Part shown: positions 1 to 17,700 of the stretch, piece after piece
Layout: every line of letters begins with the position of its first letter
Numbering within the stretch: the stretch's first letter is position 1
NCBI GenBank assembly: GCA_009914755.4
Contig: CP086569.2
Coordinates: forward strand, 14,208,001 to 14,272,000
Direction of reading: 5' to 3'
Length of the DNA: 64,000 bases
Source: the human T2T-CHM13v2.0 reference genome, Homo sapiens
Position numbers and translations under genes: made by a program
The notes under the pieces: generated by a model
What the model saw: only the letters and a program-made list of their open reading frames with translations
Databases searched by the model: none
What the model was told of the DNA's origin: nothing

Positions 1-1149
1 ACTCGTATACTACCAATATAAAATTAGAGAAAATTTTGTATTAAAAAAAAAGCAGCAAAGCCAATAAAGGCAGACAGTATCTTTTTCAAAAGTTCAGAAC
101 AACAGTTAATTATATATAGGGTGATACTTTATACAAAATAAAATTACAAGGAAACTGCAAAGAGGACTGCAAAGTTTTTGAATCTTAGGATAAATGAATC
201 ATTTTAACTTCATATTTTTATTATTTCCAATCTTTAACTTTTTAGATATCACATTTTTTTCCCCAACAATCATTAACCTAAGGTCACTTCTCTGTTCAGA
301 AAGGAAAAAAGCTAAATCCTGAAAATGCCAGTTCCCACTCAGGAAAAATGAACAAAAGTCATTATATTTAAATGTAATAAGAACTGCAATATACATCCTC
401 ACAGTTTTAAGAAAAAAATTCTTTATGTAGCACGATAGGGATTCCCCTGTATAGATTTCTTTTTCCCTTGTTTGCCCCTGCTGTTTCTGTGTATTTGGAG
501 TTTCCTAGGTTCAGAACAAAGAGTTCAGATGAAAGTGTTACTGATAAGTTTTAAATGTTAAAAAATTCCATCTTTGCTATGCTGAGGAAACCTTTTGCAT
601 TAGACAACAAAGGCAATAAAAAGGGATTATTTCTTGCCAGTAGGTAAGAAAATTAACCTTATGTTTTTAATAAGATGAACTTTTTACCAAATAAAATGTA
701 AAGACATTCCAAAAGGTTAAAGTAGAAATTACTTTGTGAAACATGCATATTAACTGATTAAAATGTAAACCTCATATATAATTCTCTAGGAATTCTATTT
801 TTTTACAGTATGTTTTAGTATGTAATACAGTTCCAGTTATGTCTGTATTTTTCCACTAATATCTTTACCAACTCTAAAAAACAAATTCTGTGATTCCTTT
901 GTTATTGATATTTTTAGCCCAAATTACAAAGATACACAAAATTGAGTTACTAGGCTCTAAGGGTGCCTTATTTTATAATTCCCCATAATTTCTAAAAACA
1001 ATCGTAAGTAAAATTTTTCTTTAAGGCACACTTGTCAAATCTGGAAAAATGCATAAATTTTTTACATTAACATAAAAAACAATTTACTCTCTTATCAATT
1101 CACACCTATTACCACGGCAGAGACTAGTTCACGGCATCTTTCAGTTTGC

Positions 1150-1400
1150 TTCTTTGTTTTGAGACAGGGTCTCACTCTTGTCACCTACGACAGAATGCCA
1201 TAGCATGATCATGGCTCACTGCAGCCTCAACCTCCGAGGCTCATCTCAGTATCCTGAGTATGAAGAACTATAAGTGCAGGCTAATTGTTGTGGTTTTGCC
1301 ACGTTGCTTAGGCTGGTCTCAAACTCCTAGGCTCAAGACATCCATCTGCCTCAGCATCTCCAAGTGCTGAGATTGCAGGCATAAGACACTGTGCTTAGCA
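1150..1400 (-). mobile_element. Divergent Alu (J-like)
   Basis: ...tttgagacagggtctcactcttgtcacc...ggctcactgcagcctc... Confidence 0.6.
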
Positions 1401-1580
1401 TGACATCTTTTCATTAAGTATTTAGATAACATAAAAGATTTGAAATCAAATCATTTTAAAAAAATTCTGCTGAGCAGTAAGTAAAAACTGATAGTTTCAT
1501 GAAGAAACTCAGCTTTGCACTTTGTCCTTTATGCCTATTTTCTCATAGTTACTTAAATGAAAGTTTAGTTCAGAAACCTA

Positions 1581-1763
<183 letters not shown>

Positions 1764-4089
1764 TTACTGGATAGTTTTGAGGACTGAGCGAAAAATACAT
1801 GCTTAGAACTTTGAACAGAACATAATATGCAATACATATTAGCTATAGTCATTAGTAGTTCCTTCTCTATAAACGACTTCTCAATTCTCGCAAATAGTAG
1901 CAGAAACCTTATTAAGAAAGGTATAGTGTTCAAAATGTAACCTGTCTCCTACCACTCTTGGCTCCTACCACATGTCAAATGTTAGCATATAATGTAAAGA
2001 ATCATAACTCTTCCACAATGAGTAGGTGGATGGCACTGCCCATGGCAAGGGCTTTAAAAATACAAATTAGAAATACTAGGACACCACAGGCACCTACCCA
2101 TGGTGAAAGAGTTAGAAACATTTACATTACATACCATATAGATAATCTTAGCTTATGATCTATCAGCAATCCCAATATTTTAGAACACATTAAAGATCAT
2201 ATCAGAATATGAAGTGTATTATAGCAGGCATCATTTATACTAATGTAATACTGGAATAAAATCTACCTATACAGAAATTCAGAACAATGTTTCTTTAAAT
2301 TATATCTGGCAAACAAAAACATACTACATTTCCTCTAAGGAATTCCTTAACAGTTCCACAGGATACTGTTGAAGTACTAATGTTATACAAAGAAACAAAA
2401 AAACCCAAACACTTGAGAGACAAAATGACAAGGAGATAATCTATTAAAAGTTTGGTTATTCCCCTGCTAGATTTTAAAAGAAAAATGACATTTTTCATTT
2501 CATGCAATTTATTTCATTTTCACTGTGAAAATGTAAGGTGTTTCAATATCTATGTTCATTTGTATTGTATTATTCATTGGCAGACTTGTGAAAAATATCT
2601 TATCATATGCCAGTCTCATCAACCTGTTGAACATAAGTTCCATGAATTTTGTCAGAAACAGAGACTGAATATCCTCACTTGTCTAAAAAAAGCAGGTCAA
2701 TGATTTAGATATGATGAAGCTGTATTGCTATTTTTAGAGCTCTGAGTTGAGGTGGAAATTTTTCTGAAGAAGTACCACCTTCTGCCACTGTTATTGACCA
2801 CTTACTGGCCACGGAAATTTTGCTGCAGGCTTCAAAACATTTCTTGATAAGTTCAACCTAAAAATTACAAAGCAAAGAGAACTTACCTGTGAAACTTTTA
2901 GGATAATAAATCATTCTGAAGACAAAAGAAATTTTTTGAATTGCAAATAGTATCAAGCTGCTTTTATATGCTACTTCTTAAGCTACTAAAAACAAGTAAG
3001 AAGCTACATCTCCAGTACCATACACATTTGCAAATATGTACTTCTTTAGGTTCAAAATATAATTACAGCAGCATTTTCCAAATCTCAACAAAAGTGCAGG
3101 AAAATGTGCTTATTTCAAAAGCCATTTGTACTACTGTGAGGTTTTCCAACTAAAGGTGCAACTGACCTTCAATTGGAAAAAATTAATCTGCAATGTAATG
3201 AAACCCAAAAAGAAAATAACTCAAAAGGAAAAAAAATCTAACTCTATAAGTGCCTTTAAGACAATTAATATACTCAAGAAAATATGCTCAAAGTTTGACA
3301 TCAGTACATGGCAGTATTGATCCACTTGAAAAGACATTTTTGAAGATCTCACTACCACAGAACAACTTTAACAGATGTACATTTGTAGTTAATCTTGATG
3401 ACACAAGAACACAGTATTTGAGCCCCAATGAAGTGGAGTATTATTTCCTCCAAAATAATTCCATTCTTTTAACTAGTAAACAAAAAAAATGCATCCGTTA
3501 TTTATTATGATTTTCATCAATAAAAATCCATAAAAAATAGTTTTTTTTTAATAGAATACCTACAAAATATCGCCAATTGAACCTCTCGGCTTGCATAGTT
3601 TAAAATATTTAGTATCTAGCCCTTTAAAGAAATGTTTGTAAATAAATGACGCATGAAAAAAAAAAAAGAAATGTTTGCTTAAAATTAGACAGTTTTTGGA
3701 TTACATTTTCTAAAAAAAAAAAGCGCATCACGTTTTCAGTATTGTCAATGAAATTTTTATTATACATAACTTCAGTAAACTGGTTCATAATACATTGTTC
3801 TCACTGTAATTGTGGTGAAAACCTCTGAAAAACATTGTTAACCTGTTGTCATTCCTACAACTCAGAAACTTAGAGTCCCTTTCCCAGTTTACATTTTTCC
3901 GATTGTTTTTTCATATAAAAATGATGGAAAAACAATACCCTGAGCTCAATTTTAAGAGTAATATGAACATTTTCACCTATAATAAAGAATTTTAAAATCT
4001 TTTTGGCTTTAGAAGTATAAATGACAATGTGCTCTCTATGCCTGCTCCGCATGATAAACTCAATTTTTTCAATCATGTAAGATATGTTA

Positions 4090-4293
<204 letters not shown>

Positions 4294-4732
4294 TCACCAC
4301 ATCCTCAAAAACCCTGTGATTCAATCAGAAAAATACTTAAATCAATAAATATTTTACCTGTATAGTCAGTAGAACTAAAGCGTTTAACTTATTCCAAAAA
4401 TAAGTCTTAAGACAAACACAGATTACTGAAAAAAAAAATCATAAATTGTATAACCTACTAAATAAAAGAAACAATTTACTTTCTATTTATAAAGTTGTAT
4501 TAATAGAGAGGGTACTTTGGTTTTCTTAAGAAGAATAACATTCTAATTGTAAAACTTTGTCAAAATGATTTCAGAATTTTAGGGTTATTAGGTAAAACTA
4601 ACATGTCAACATAAAAAAACAAGAAACAAAGAGAGAGAGATAATTAGGAATAGAAAAAAAACAGTTCTCTAGACAATTCCCAATTCTGCAATACCCTCAT
4701 TGATTCAGTTCATGGAAATAGCACTAGGGCAG

Positions 4733-4882
<150 letters not shown>

Positions 4883-4890
4883 TTACTTAC

Positions 4891-4955
4891 TTCTCTGAAG
4901 ATGTGGATTCGTTATCTGAATGATCTTTGTGTTGTGTTCTTTTCTCATTTTCTTC
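4891..4955 (-). CDS. UTY: UTY exon, 65 nt; encodes EENEKRTQHKDHSDNESTSSE(N)
   Basis: Acceptor ...aacctgaag| and donor GTAAGT (plus 4885-4890). Matches UTX [21 protein letters not shown] with paralogue-type substitutions. Confidence 0.85.
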
Positions 4956-5404
4956 CTTCAGGTTAAGAAAAAAATATTCATACTTAGTATCCTCTAACAG
5001 GCTATCACTTCTATTATACAAATTATACTCATCTACATGAGCAGTATTGACTATTTTTGAGAAATAAGTTTTTACAGGCACATTTCACAGAAAATATCTT
5101 CTATAATCACATTAAATTAAGTCACAGGAAAAGTCAAAGTCCAGTTCACGGTACTCAACATCCTCCATCATCTACAAAATTAATATGAAATTCAGGTATT
5201 ATACTAATTTATAAGAAAAGCATGTATTCATTCATATTTTACTTTGGACCAAGGAATTTTCTAAATGGTAAATTAATTTCATTTAAAATGATATCAAGAG
5301 AATATGAGAGAGAACTAAAAATGAAAACAAGGACAACATACAAAAGCTTACTAATTATATATTAAAACAAAAAAAGATGTAAGAAAGCACTTAAGAAGAC
5401 AGAA

Positions 5405-5560
5405 TTCTTCCTTCTTTTTTTTTGAGCCGGAGCCTCACTCTGTTGCCTAGGCTGGAGTGCAGTGGCGTAATCTCAGCTCACTGCAACCTCTGCCTCCTGG
5501 GTTCGAGGAAGTTTCCTGCCTCAGTCTCCCTCCGATGCCTCAGCCTCCCTCCAATTCTCT
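5405..5560 (-). mobile_element. Partial Alu (right arm)
   Basis: ...gagccggagcctcactctgttgcctaggctggagtgcagtggcg... Confidence 0.6.
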
Positions 5561-6574
5561 TTTGTAATAAAGAAAAAGCGTTGTTTTGTTGTTCCCTGTA
5601 GACACTGTTTTATGAGAAAGAATCTGTAGATTCTTATACTTGGGCCAAAGACAAGATAATGAAGAAAAACCTGAAGCCAAAAGTACTGAGGGGTATAACT
5701 ACTAATGTTAATTATAAGTGCCAAGTAGCAAAGCCATGGCACATATTCTAAACTGGCAGAAATACATTTGCATCCATATGAAAATATGTACAGAGTGAGC
5801 AATGTTAAGATCCTCTATCTCTGATTATAGTATCATATTTAGTTACCCTGGCTTTCTCTGTGGGTGAATCACATTAACAAAACTAAGGGCATATGGACGA
5901 AGTTCTTCACAGGCTAAATTTTCAATGCAAAGAGTTCTATATAAATAATAAAACATTTTCACATTTTTATTTAACATTTGTAATAAAAAATTAAATGCTG
6001 AACTTAAAATGTTTGTTATTCTCTCCAGAAATATTTCAAGAATATGCAATGAGAAAATGTTTCTGGGAGGACTGGAAATCCACATGTAAAAGAATGAAGT
6101 TGGACCTCTATCTCATAATGTACAGAAAAATTAACTCAAAATGAATGTGACCTAAATATAAGATATCACACAAAACTCATGCAAAAAAAAAAAATTAGTA
6201 CATCTGTATAACTATGGGTTAGGCAATAGTTTCTTAGCAATGACAAAAACAAATGAAGTCCAAGAAATGCAAATAATTAAACTCTATCAAAATTAAAATT
6301 TTTGTACTTCAAAGGACACTAACAGAAAAAGTGAAAGGACTACTCACAGAAAAGAAAAAAGTATTGACACATTTAATACTTGAGAAGGAATTTTTAGCAA
6401 GAATAAGCATGCATATAATTTACGGTTCAATAATAAAAAGAAAAATAGCCAAATTAAAAAATGGGCAAAGGAAATAAACATGCATTTCACCAAAGAAAAT
6501 ATACCCATTAACAATATGTTAATGAAAAGATGCTTAACAAATAACCATTTGGGAAAAGACAAAATGAAATATTA

Positions 6575-6978
<404 letters not shown>

Positions 6979-7042
6979 AATGTAAAATGATGTAGCCATT
7001 TGAAAATTAATCTGACAGTTCCTTAATAGAATAAACAATGAG

Positions 7043-7335
7043 GCCGGGTTCGGTGGCTTACACCTGTAATCCCAGCATTTTGGGAGGCCAAGCTGGATGA
7101 ATTATTAGAGGTCAATAGTTTGAGACCAGCCTGGGCAACATGGTGAAATCTTTTCCCTACTAAGAACACAGGAATTAGCCACGCGTGGTGGTGCACACTT
7201 GTAGTCCCAGCTACTCAGGAAGCTGAGGGAGGAGAATTGCTTGAACTCAGGAAGTAGAGGTTACAGTGAGCCAAGATAGTACCACTGCACTCCAGCCTGG
7301 GCAACAAAGTGAGACTGTCAATAAAAAACAAACAA
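7043..7335 (+). mobile_element. Alu
   Basis: ggccgggttcggtggcttacacctgtaatcc... Confidence 0.9.
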
Positions 7336-8013
7336 AAACCCCCCAGAGTAAACAATGAGTTATTACACCACATAATCTAGCATCTATACAAGGGAAATGA
7401 GGGTATATGTTCCCACACAAATACTGTTTATAAGTATTCATAATAGCATTACTCGGAATACCTACGAGGCAGAGCAGAAACAACCTAAATGTTCATAAAC
7501 TGATGACAGAGTTCCTCCACCAAAAACGGTTTATACCCAGACAATGTAATATTGTCATTAAAAGAGAAGTGGTTTAGTGATACATGCTGCAAATGAATAG
7601 ACCTTGAAAATCTTATGCTAAAAAATAAAAAAGAAACCAGTCAAAAAGACATGATATCATCCCATACACACACACACACTCAACACAGGCAAATCTACAG
7701 ATATAAGCAGGCAGGTGGTTGCTTGAATTCTTGGAGTTGGGGGAAATGTGACTGTGGATGGTTATGGGCTTTCATTTGGGAATAAAAAAAATTTGTAAAA
7801 TTTATTATGATAATGATTGCACACCTATGAGGTACGCTAAAAACCACTGAACTGTATACTTTATATGTGTAAACTGTATATTATGTAAATTATCTTGATG
7901 AAGCAGTATAAAAAGAAATAAAGGACAGGTGACATGAGCCCAAATGGTCAATGAAGAAGCCCCAAGCCCTCACACTTCCCTATGTAAAAAAATTTAAAAC
8001 TACCTAATGTAGG

Positions 8014-8330
<317 letters not shown>

Positions 8331-8640
8331 AACATAACCTGATGGAATCTATGGAAAACAATCACAGATCTACAGCATCCAGGTAAACAACTTAGAAAAA
8401 GTCACACTCAAATCAGTGGGAAATACTATAGTGTTTTTTACTTGTGCTTGCCTCACTCCATCAAAGGCCTGGTACAGTGTTGCTACAAAAGAGGTGTCAA
8501 TTTCGTTCCTAATTTGTTCCCTCAAAAGAGAGAACCTTATCTGTAACATTCTAATTCATCTAAGGACTGTCTAAAATACTGGTCTCTGTTTTGCCTAATA
8601 CTAATGCTTCTCAAAAACTTTTTAAAAATTCAATTTACTG

Positions 8641-8949
<309 letters not shown>

Positions 8950-9511
8950 TTATCATGCTCAGAGCCTAGATTTATCATGAGACCCTGGACAAAGACACTG
9001 TAAGAACACAACAATGTATCTTATAAATAGTAACGCAAAAATAATAACGAAATATTAGTAAGATGAATTCAGAAACACGTTATAGAAAGTTTGTATGTAA
9101 TGAACTAGTGGGTTTTCCTCCTGAAATTCTTGAATGATTAACAACATATTAAAATCAGTCAATTTAACACACATTAATAAAATGAAGAAAAAACTCACAT
9201 GATCATCTCAACTGATAAGAAATACAATTTCACAAAATTCAATATCCTTATATATGAGAAAAATATTCTACAAACTAGGCACAAATGGTAAGGTCTTCAA
9301 CATAATAAAGGCCATATATGAAAAACACATAACTTTGAACCTAGGAAGGACTGACAGCTTTTCTTCTAAGATCAAGACCAAGATAAGGACTTACAGTTTG
9401 GAAAACTAAATACTGTTAACATGTCAATATTACCAAAAGTGACCCACAGATTCAATGTAACCTCTATCAAAATACCAACAACAATTTTTGCAGGATTAAA
9501 AAATTCATCTT

Positions 9512-9806
9512 GGCTGGGCACAGTGGCTCACGCCTGTAATCTCAGCACTTTGGGAAGCCAAGGTGGGCAGATCATGAGGTCAGGAGATCCAGACCACCCT
9601 GGCTAACACGGTGAAATCCCGTCTCTACTAAAAATACAAAAATATTAGGTGGATGTGGTGGCACAGGCGGTAATCCCAGCTACTCGGGAGGCTGAGGCAG
9701 GTGAATGGCATGAACCCAGGAGGCAGAGCTTGCAGTGAGCCGAGATCGCACCACTGTGCTCTAGCCTGGGCGACAGAGTGAGACTCCGTCCCCAAAAAAA
9801 AAAAAA
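9512..9806 (+). mobile_element. Alu inserted in the old L1
   Basis: Alu consensus followed by polyA. Confidence 0.9.
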
Positions 9807-10018
9807 ATTAATCTTAAGGAAGTTCAATAGAAAAATGATCTTGAAAAACACTACTTGACTTAAAACCATACTATAAGGTTACATACAGTAACCAAAACAG
9901 TATGGTACTGCTGTTTTGACACATTGTCAGACCAACTGAGCAGAACAGAAAACACAGAAATAAAGCCATAGACCTACAACTGTTAATCTTCAACAACACC
10001 GATAAAAATGAGCAATGC

Positions 10019-10344
<326 letters not shown>

Positions 10345-10816
10345 CTAACAGTGCTGGGTGGAATAACTTGCTAGCCACACACAGAGAATGAAACTGGATC
10401 CTTACCTTTCACCACATATAAAAATTAACTCAAGATGGACTAAATATTTAAATGTACGATGTCAAACTATAAAAAAAGAAAACCTAGAAAATACCCTTCT
10501 CAACGCTGGTTTTGCAAAACAATTTTTAACTATGTCCCTAAATGCAACTGCAACAAAAATGAAAATTGATAAGTGGGACCCAATTCAGGTATGGAGCTTC
10601 AGCACAGCAAAATAAACAAACAAAAACTATCAACAGAGTAAACAGACAAGCTACAAAATGGGATAAATTATTGGTGAACTATGCATCTGACCAAGGTCTA
10701 ATATCCAGAATCTACAAAGAACTTAACAAATCAACAAGCAAAAAACAAATGACCGCACTAAAAAATGGACAAAGGTTATGAAAAGGGTATGTCTACTAAA
10801 AAGAGGACATTACAGG

Positions 10817-11472
<656 letters not shown>

Positions 11473-11849
11473 AGGAAAGTGTTCAATCATCACTAATTAT
11501 CAAAGAATTGCAAATCAAAATCGCAATGAGATACTATCTCACATTAGTCAGAATGACTACTATTAAAAATAGCCAAAAACAAAAACAAAAACAAAAAAAC
11601 CCAACACATGCTGGCGAGGATGTGAAGAAAATGGAAGGCTTATACGCTGTTCATGGGTATATAAATTAGTTTAGCCACTGTGGAAAGCAGTTTGGAGAAT
11701 TCTCAAAGAACCTAAAATAGAGCTACCATTTGACCCAGCAATCTCATTACTGGGTATCTACCCAGTGGAAAACAGAGCATTCTACAAAAATAGACATGCA
11801 CTCTTTTGTTCATCATCATTGCGCTATTCACAATAGCAAATGTGGCAAG

Positions 11850-12470
11850 CCAGGTCTCATTAACAGCTGAACAGGCAGGCCTCCATCACAACTGTTTCAG
11901 CACTGACTGAGTGGTTAATTTAAATGTTAAAAGCTGAAAGAGTCAGTGCCCTCACATAAAGGCTGGAATGTAACAAAAGTCCATCAAGAGTTTTGCCCAG
12001 GCCTTTTCTGGGCCTTGTAGATAACAAGATAACAAATTCTTAACAGAATCTGTTTAGGATTAAATGAGTTTTGATTGGGGATCTGAAGAAACTCCCCAGA
12101 CCTACACAAACAAGTTTTATTGGTGGTCTAAAGAAACTCCCTAAACCTCCACGATTTAGCAGGAAACAGGATAAAGGTCTTCAGCACCTGGACACATCTA
12201 GATTAAGTAAATTTACTGAGGCTCCAGAGGAAGGTCTTCAAAACTGAGACCCCTCGGTTATAAATTAGAAGCTGTTGATCACTTATGAGTTTAGATGAAT
12301 GCACACTACACATTGACATATAACTTAGAAAGTATAAGCTCTAGAATACTTTGTAATTTTCCTGGCTTTTTCCCTGTACCCGGTTACTTCAGAAATAAAT
12401 GCTCTTCTTTCCCAGTTTATCTGCATCTCATTACTGGCCCATGAGAATAAGCAGCCCAATCATCGGTTTC
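11850..12470. mobile_element. Unclassified ~620-bp insertion (possible solo LTR) inside the old L1
   Basis: The L1 sequence ...ctattcacaatagcaaa| is interrupted. The insert begins TGTGGCAAGCC and ends ...AACACAAAGACA. L1 resumes near ...DWIKKMW. Confidence 0.4.
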
Positions 12471-12880
12471 GTCTGGGAACACAAAGACATAAAATCAACT
12501 TAGGTGCTCATCAGTGTTGGATTGGATAAAGAAAATGTGGTGTATACAGACAATGGAACACTATGGAGTCAAAAAAAGAACAAAATGATGTCCTTTGCAG
12601 CAACATGGATGTAGCTGGTGGCCATAATTCTAAGTGAATTTACTCAGAAACAGAAGACCAAGTGTTGCAGTTTCTCCCTTATAAGTGGGAGCTAAACACT
12701 GAGTACATATGGACATAAATGTGAGCTAGATGTGAGAGGAAAGGAGGTGGGGCATGAGCTAAAAACTACTTATTGTGGGGTACTATGTTCACCTCCTGGG
12801 AGTATTAAACCCAAGTGACAAATCTGCACATAAACCCTCTGTCTTTAAAATAGAAGATGTATTTTACAAATAAAGAAAGG

Positions 12881-13372
<492 letters not shown>

Positions 13373-13876
13373 TTATCTTGGATCACATACAAAATTAACT
13401 TGAAATAGATCAGAGACTCAAACGTAAGAGTTAAAACTATAAAATTGTGAGAACAAGAGAAAATGCTGTGACATGGTATTCGGCCATGATTTCTTAAACT
13501 TCAAAAGAATGTGTCAACAAAGTAAGTAAATAAACTGGACTTCACAAAAATTAAAAATTTATCAAATGACACTATTACCAAAACAGCAAAATTACAATAA
13601 ACAAAATTGGAGAAAATACTTGTAAAACATTGTAAATCATTGCAAATACTTGTAAATTCTCTTGGGCAACGCCAGTGGGAATTAACATGGTGCGGGCACT
13701 GAGCAGAACAATATAGTCGTCCTTTAAAAAGTTCAGCAAGTAATTACCACACAATCCAGCGGCTGTAGAGACTAGAACACGTAATTTACATCAATTTTCA
13801 GAGCAGCTGTACTCAACACAGTAACTCAAATGTGCATAGATAAACAAAATGTGGTACATACTTAATGGAGTTACTA

Positions 13877-14810
<934 letters not shown>

Positions 14811-15721
14811 TACTGAGGTAACCAAAGAGGGATTTTGAGTGGAGGTGCCTCTGACCTTTCACGAATCTCCTACTGGTGCTTGGTACCAGCTTAAGCTATC
14901 TTTATGCACTATACCAACACGACAATTCGCTGAGGCATGGAAGAAGCCCCTCCAGAGAATCCCTGATCTCCCAAAATTTGTTCGAGATCCGAAGTTTATT
15001 TTGCTGTACAACTTATTTTATTTTATTTTGAGTTTTACTTGCTTCTAACACAAGGAAGGCATGCCTTTCCTGCTTCCATGATGATGGAAGGCAGGTAACT
15101 CCTTTATGGAGTTTGTATTCTCTTCCAACAGGGAAGATGAGTTGTTCTTCGTTTTCTTTTCTTTTTTTTTTAACCCGCTTCTAGGATGGTATAGAGCAAT
15201 TATCAGCCTGAGACCCACCCATAGGTAAGTAACTGAACTGTGGTTTGCTTTGGCTAAAGATTAACAACCAGCTGGTCTTAATTTCTCCTTACCATCAGAG
15301 CACTCAGTAATCATATAAACTGTGTGATCATTTGTTTTGCTTAACTGTTTTGTTGTTGTTTGTTTCTGTTTTTGTTGTTTTTTCGGTCTTTTTCCCACTG
15401 GATTTGATCAACTCTATATGACTTGATCAAATCCAAAGGAAGTTCCAAATTGTGGGGAAAAAAAGCCTCTGAAGTGACTAAATTCCCACGGGACAGACAG
15501 AGAGAAAAAAAAAGATGGCGCGGTAGAGGAAGAAAAACGGCTAGCAAAAGGAAAAAGAAAAAGAGGAGAAACTCTTTTGATTTTGGCTACTATAGGGCTT
15601 TGTTGATGTAAAAGTCCACCTTTTTGCAAGCCAGGCCAAAAGGACAGAGCAATGGCTGTATTTCTGAAATAGCAGCAGTTTGCCCTATTTGAAATATCGT
15701 AATGAGATTTTAAAAGATTTT

Positions 15722-16006
15722 TTTTTAGATGGAAGTTTGCTCCATCACCCAGGCTGGATTGCAGTGGCACAGTCTCGGCTCACTGCAACCTGCGCCTCCT
15801 GGTATCAAGTGATTCTCCTGCCTCAGCCTCCTGAGTAGCTGACATTACAGGCACATGATACCATGCCCGGCAAATTTTCGTATTTTCAGTAGAGATGGGG
15901 TTTTGCCATGTTGGTCAGGTTGGTCTTCAAATCCTGACCTCAGGTGATCTGCCTGCCCTGTCCTCCCAAAGTGCTGGGATTACAGGCATGAGCCAACACA
16001 CCCGGC
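15722..16006 (-). mobile_element. Alu
   Basis: Poly-T then ...gctccatcacccaggctggattgcagtgg... ggccgggtgtg... at the 3' end. Confidence 0.9.
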
Positions 16007-16583
16007 TGCTTGTGTGCTCTTTAATAAAGAAGACACTGGTATTAGTTTAATAAAAATAGTTACATCTTGAATTTAGTAAGACTGCCATAACTTCTAATCT
16101 TTTGGCTTCAAGCAGTCCACAGGTAGTAGGGCTTACTTTAGAAAAGAGATGTTACTGTTTTTGTTTCAAAGTTAAACTATAAACTAACTTCCTCCAAAGT
16201 TAGTTTGGCCTACACCCCAGGAATGAACAAGGACAGTGTGGAGATTAGAAGCAAGATGGTGTCAATTAGGCGAAATCTTTTTCACTGTCTCCATTATAAT
16301 TTTGCAATGGTGGTCTCATAACTTTAAATAATTACAGTTGTGGTTTTTATAAATAATCTAGCTAAACAATTAAAGTAACTGTAATAGGATAAATACTTGC
16401 AGACAAATTTGTCAAAATTTAGAATCTAAAGTTAAATTAAATAACATGTTTTATTATTTGCTTATTTTCCAATAAAAATATATTTGTAGGAAAATATCCA
16501 TTCTAGAAAAAAGGGTGTCTTTTTAAAAAGGTGAACAATTTTTTATCTGATTCAAAGCTTAGGTTATGTATAAAACAAAGTAA

Positions 16584-17004
<421 letters not shown>

Positions 17005-17433
17005 TTAAAGAGAAATAATTTCATATGAGAAAGAATCTTGTATGGTAAATTTAGTCCTAAGTAAAACAACTGGTTGTTTAAGAAAGAGGGATGTTCAGGA
17101 TAAACCAGAGAGTGAAGTATATCACGACCCATCTGCATAAGTCACAATAAGAGGATTTATTAAAACAAACAAACAAACAAAAAAAACCCAACTTTCATAT
17201 GATCAAGTTGTCTATGATTAAACGGAAATTACAATGGTCTTTCTAGAGATTGGGTTTGATATAAAAAAACAAAAAACACTTATACATTAAAGGATTGGTT
17301 TGTAAAACAATGAAATTTTCATAAGGGGTTGACTTACTCTTAATAAATTATAAGAGATTTTTAACTCAAAGTTCAACTTCTATTGCATCTTGCTTGTTTT
17401 GGTTTTCTATCCCCTTTTAAAAGGCAAAATTAG

Positions 17434-17700
17434 GCTAGGCGCAGTAGCTTACACCTATAATCACAGCACTTTGGGAGGCTGAGGCGGGCGGATCACGAGG
17501 TTAAGAGATCAAGACCATCCTGCCACCATGTGAAGCCCCATCTCAGGTAAAAATATAAAAATTAGCTGGGTGTGATGGTGCATGCCTGTAGTCTCAGCTA
17601 CTCGACTGGCTGAGGCAGAAAAATTGAACCTGGGAGGTAGAGATTGCAGTGAGCTGAGATCATGCCATCACACTGCAGCCTGGGGACAGAGTGAAACTCC
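17434..17700 (+). mobile_element. Alu (older) with a (CCA/CAA)-rich tail
   Basis: aggctaggcgcagtagcttacacctataatc... Confidence 0.85.

Noticed and set aside
15423-15611. Highly basic ORF KKASEVTKFPRDRQREKKRWRGRGRKTASKRKKKKRRNSF
   Set aside because: It is a purine-rich low-complexity stretch with no start context, splice support or recognisable domain. It is most likely chance.
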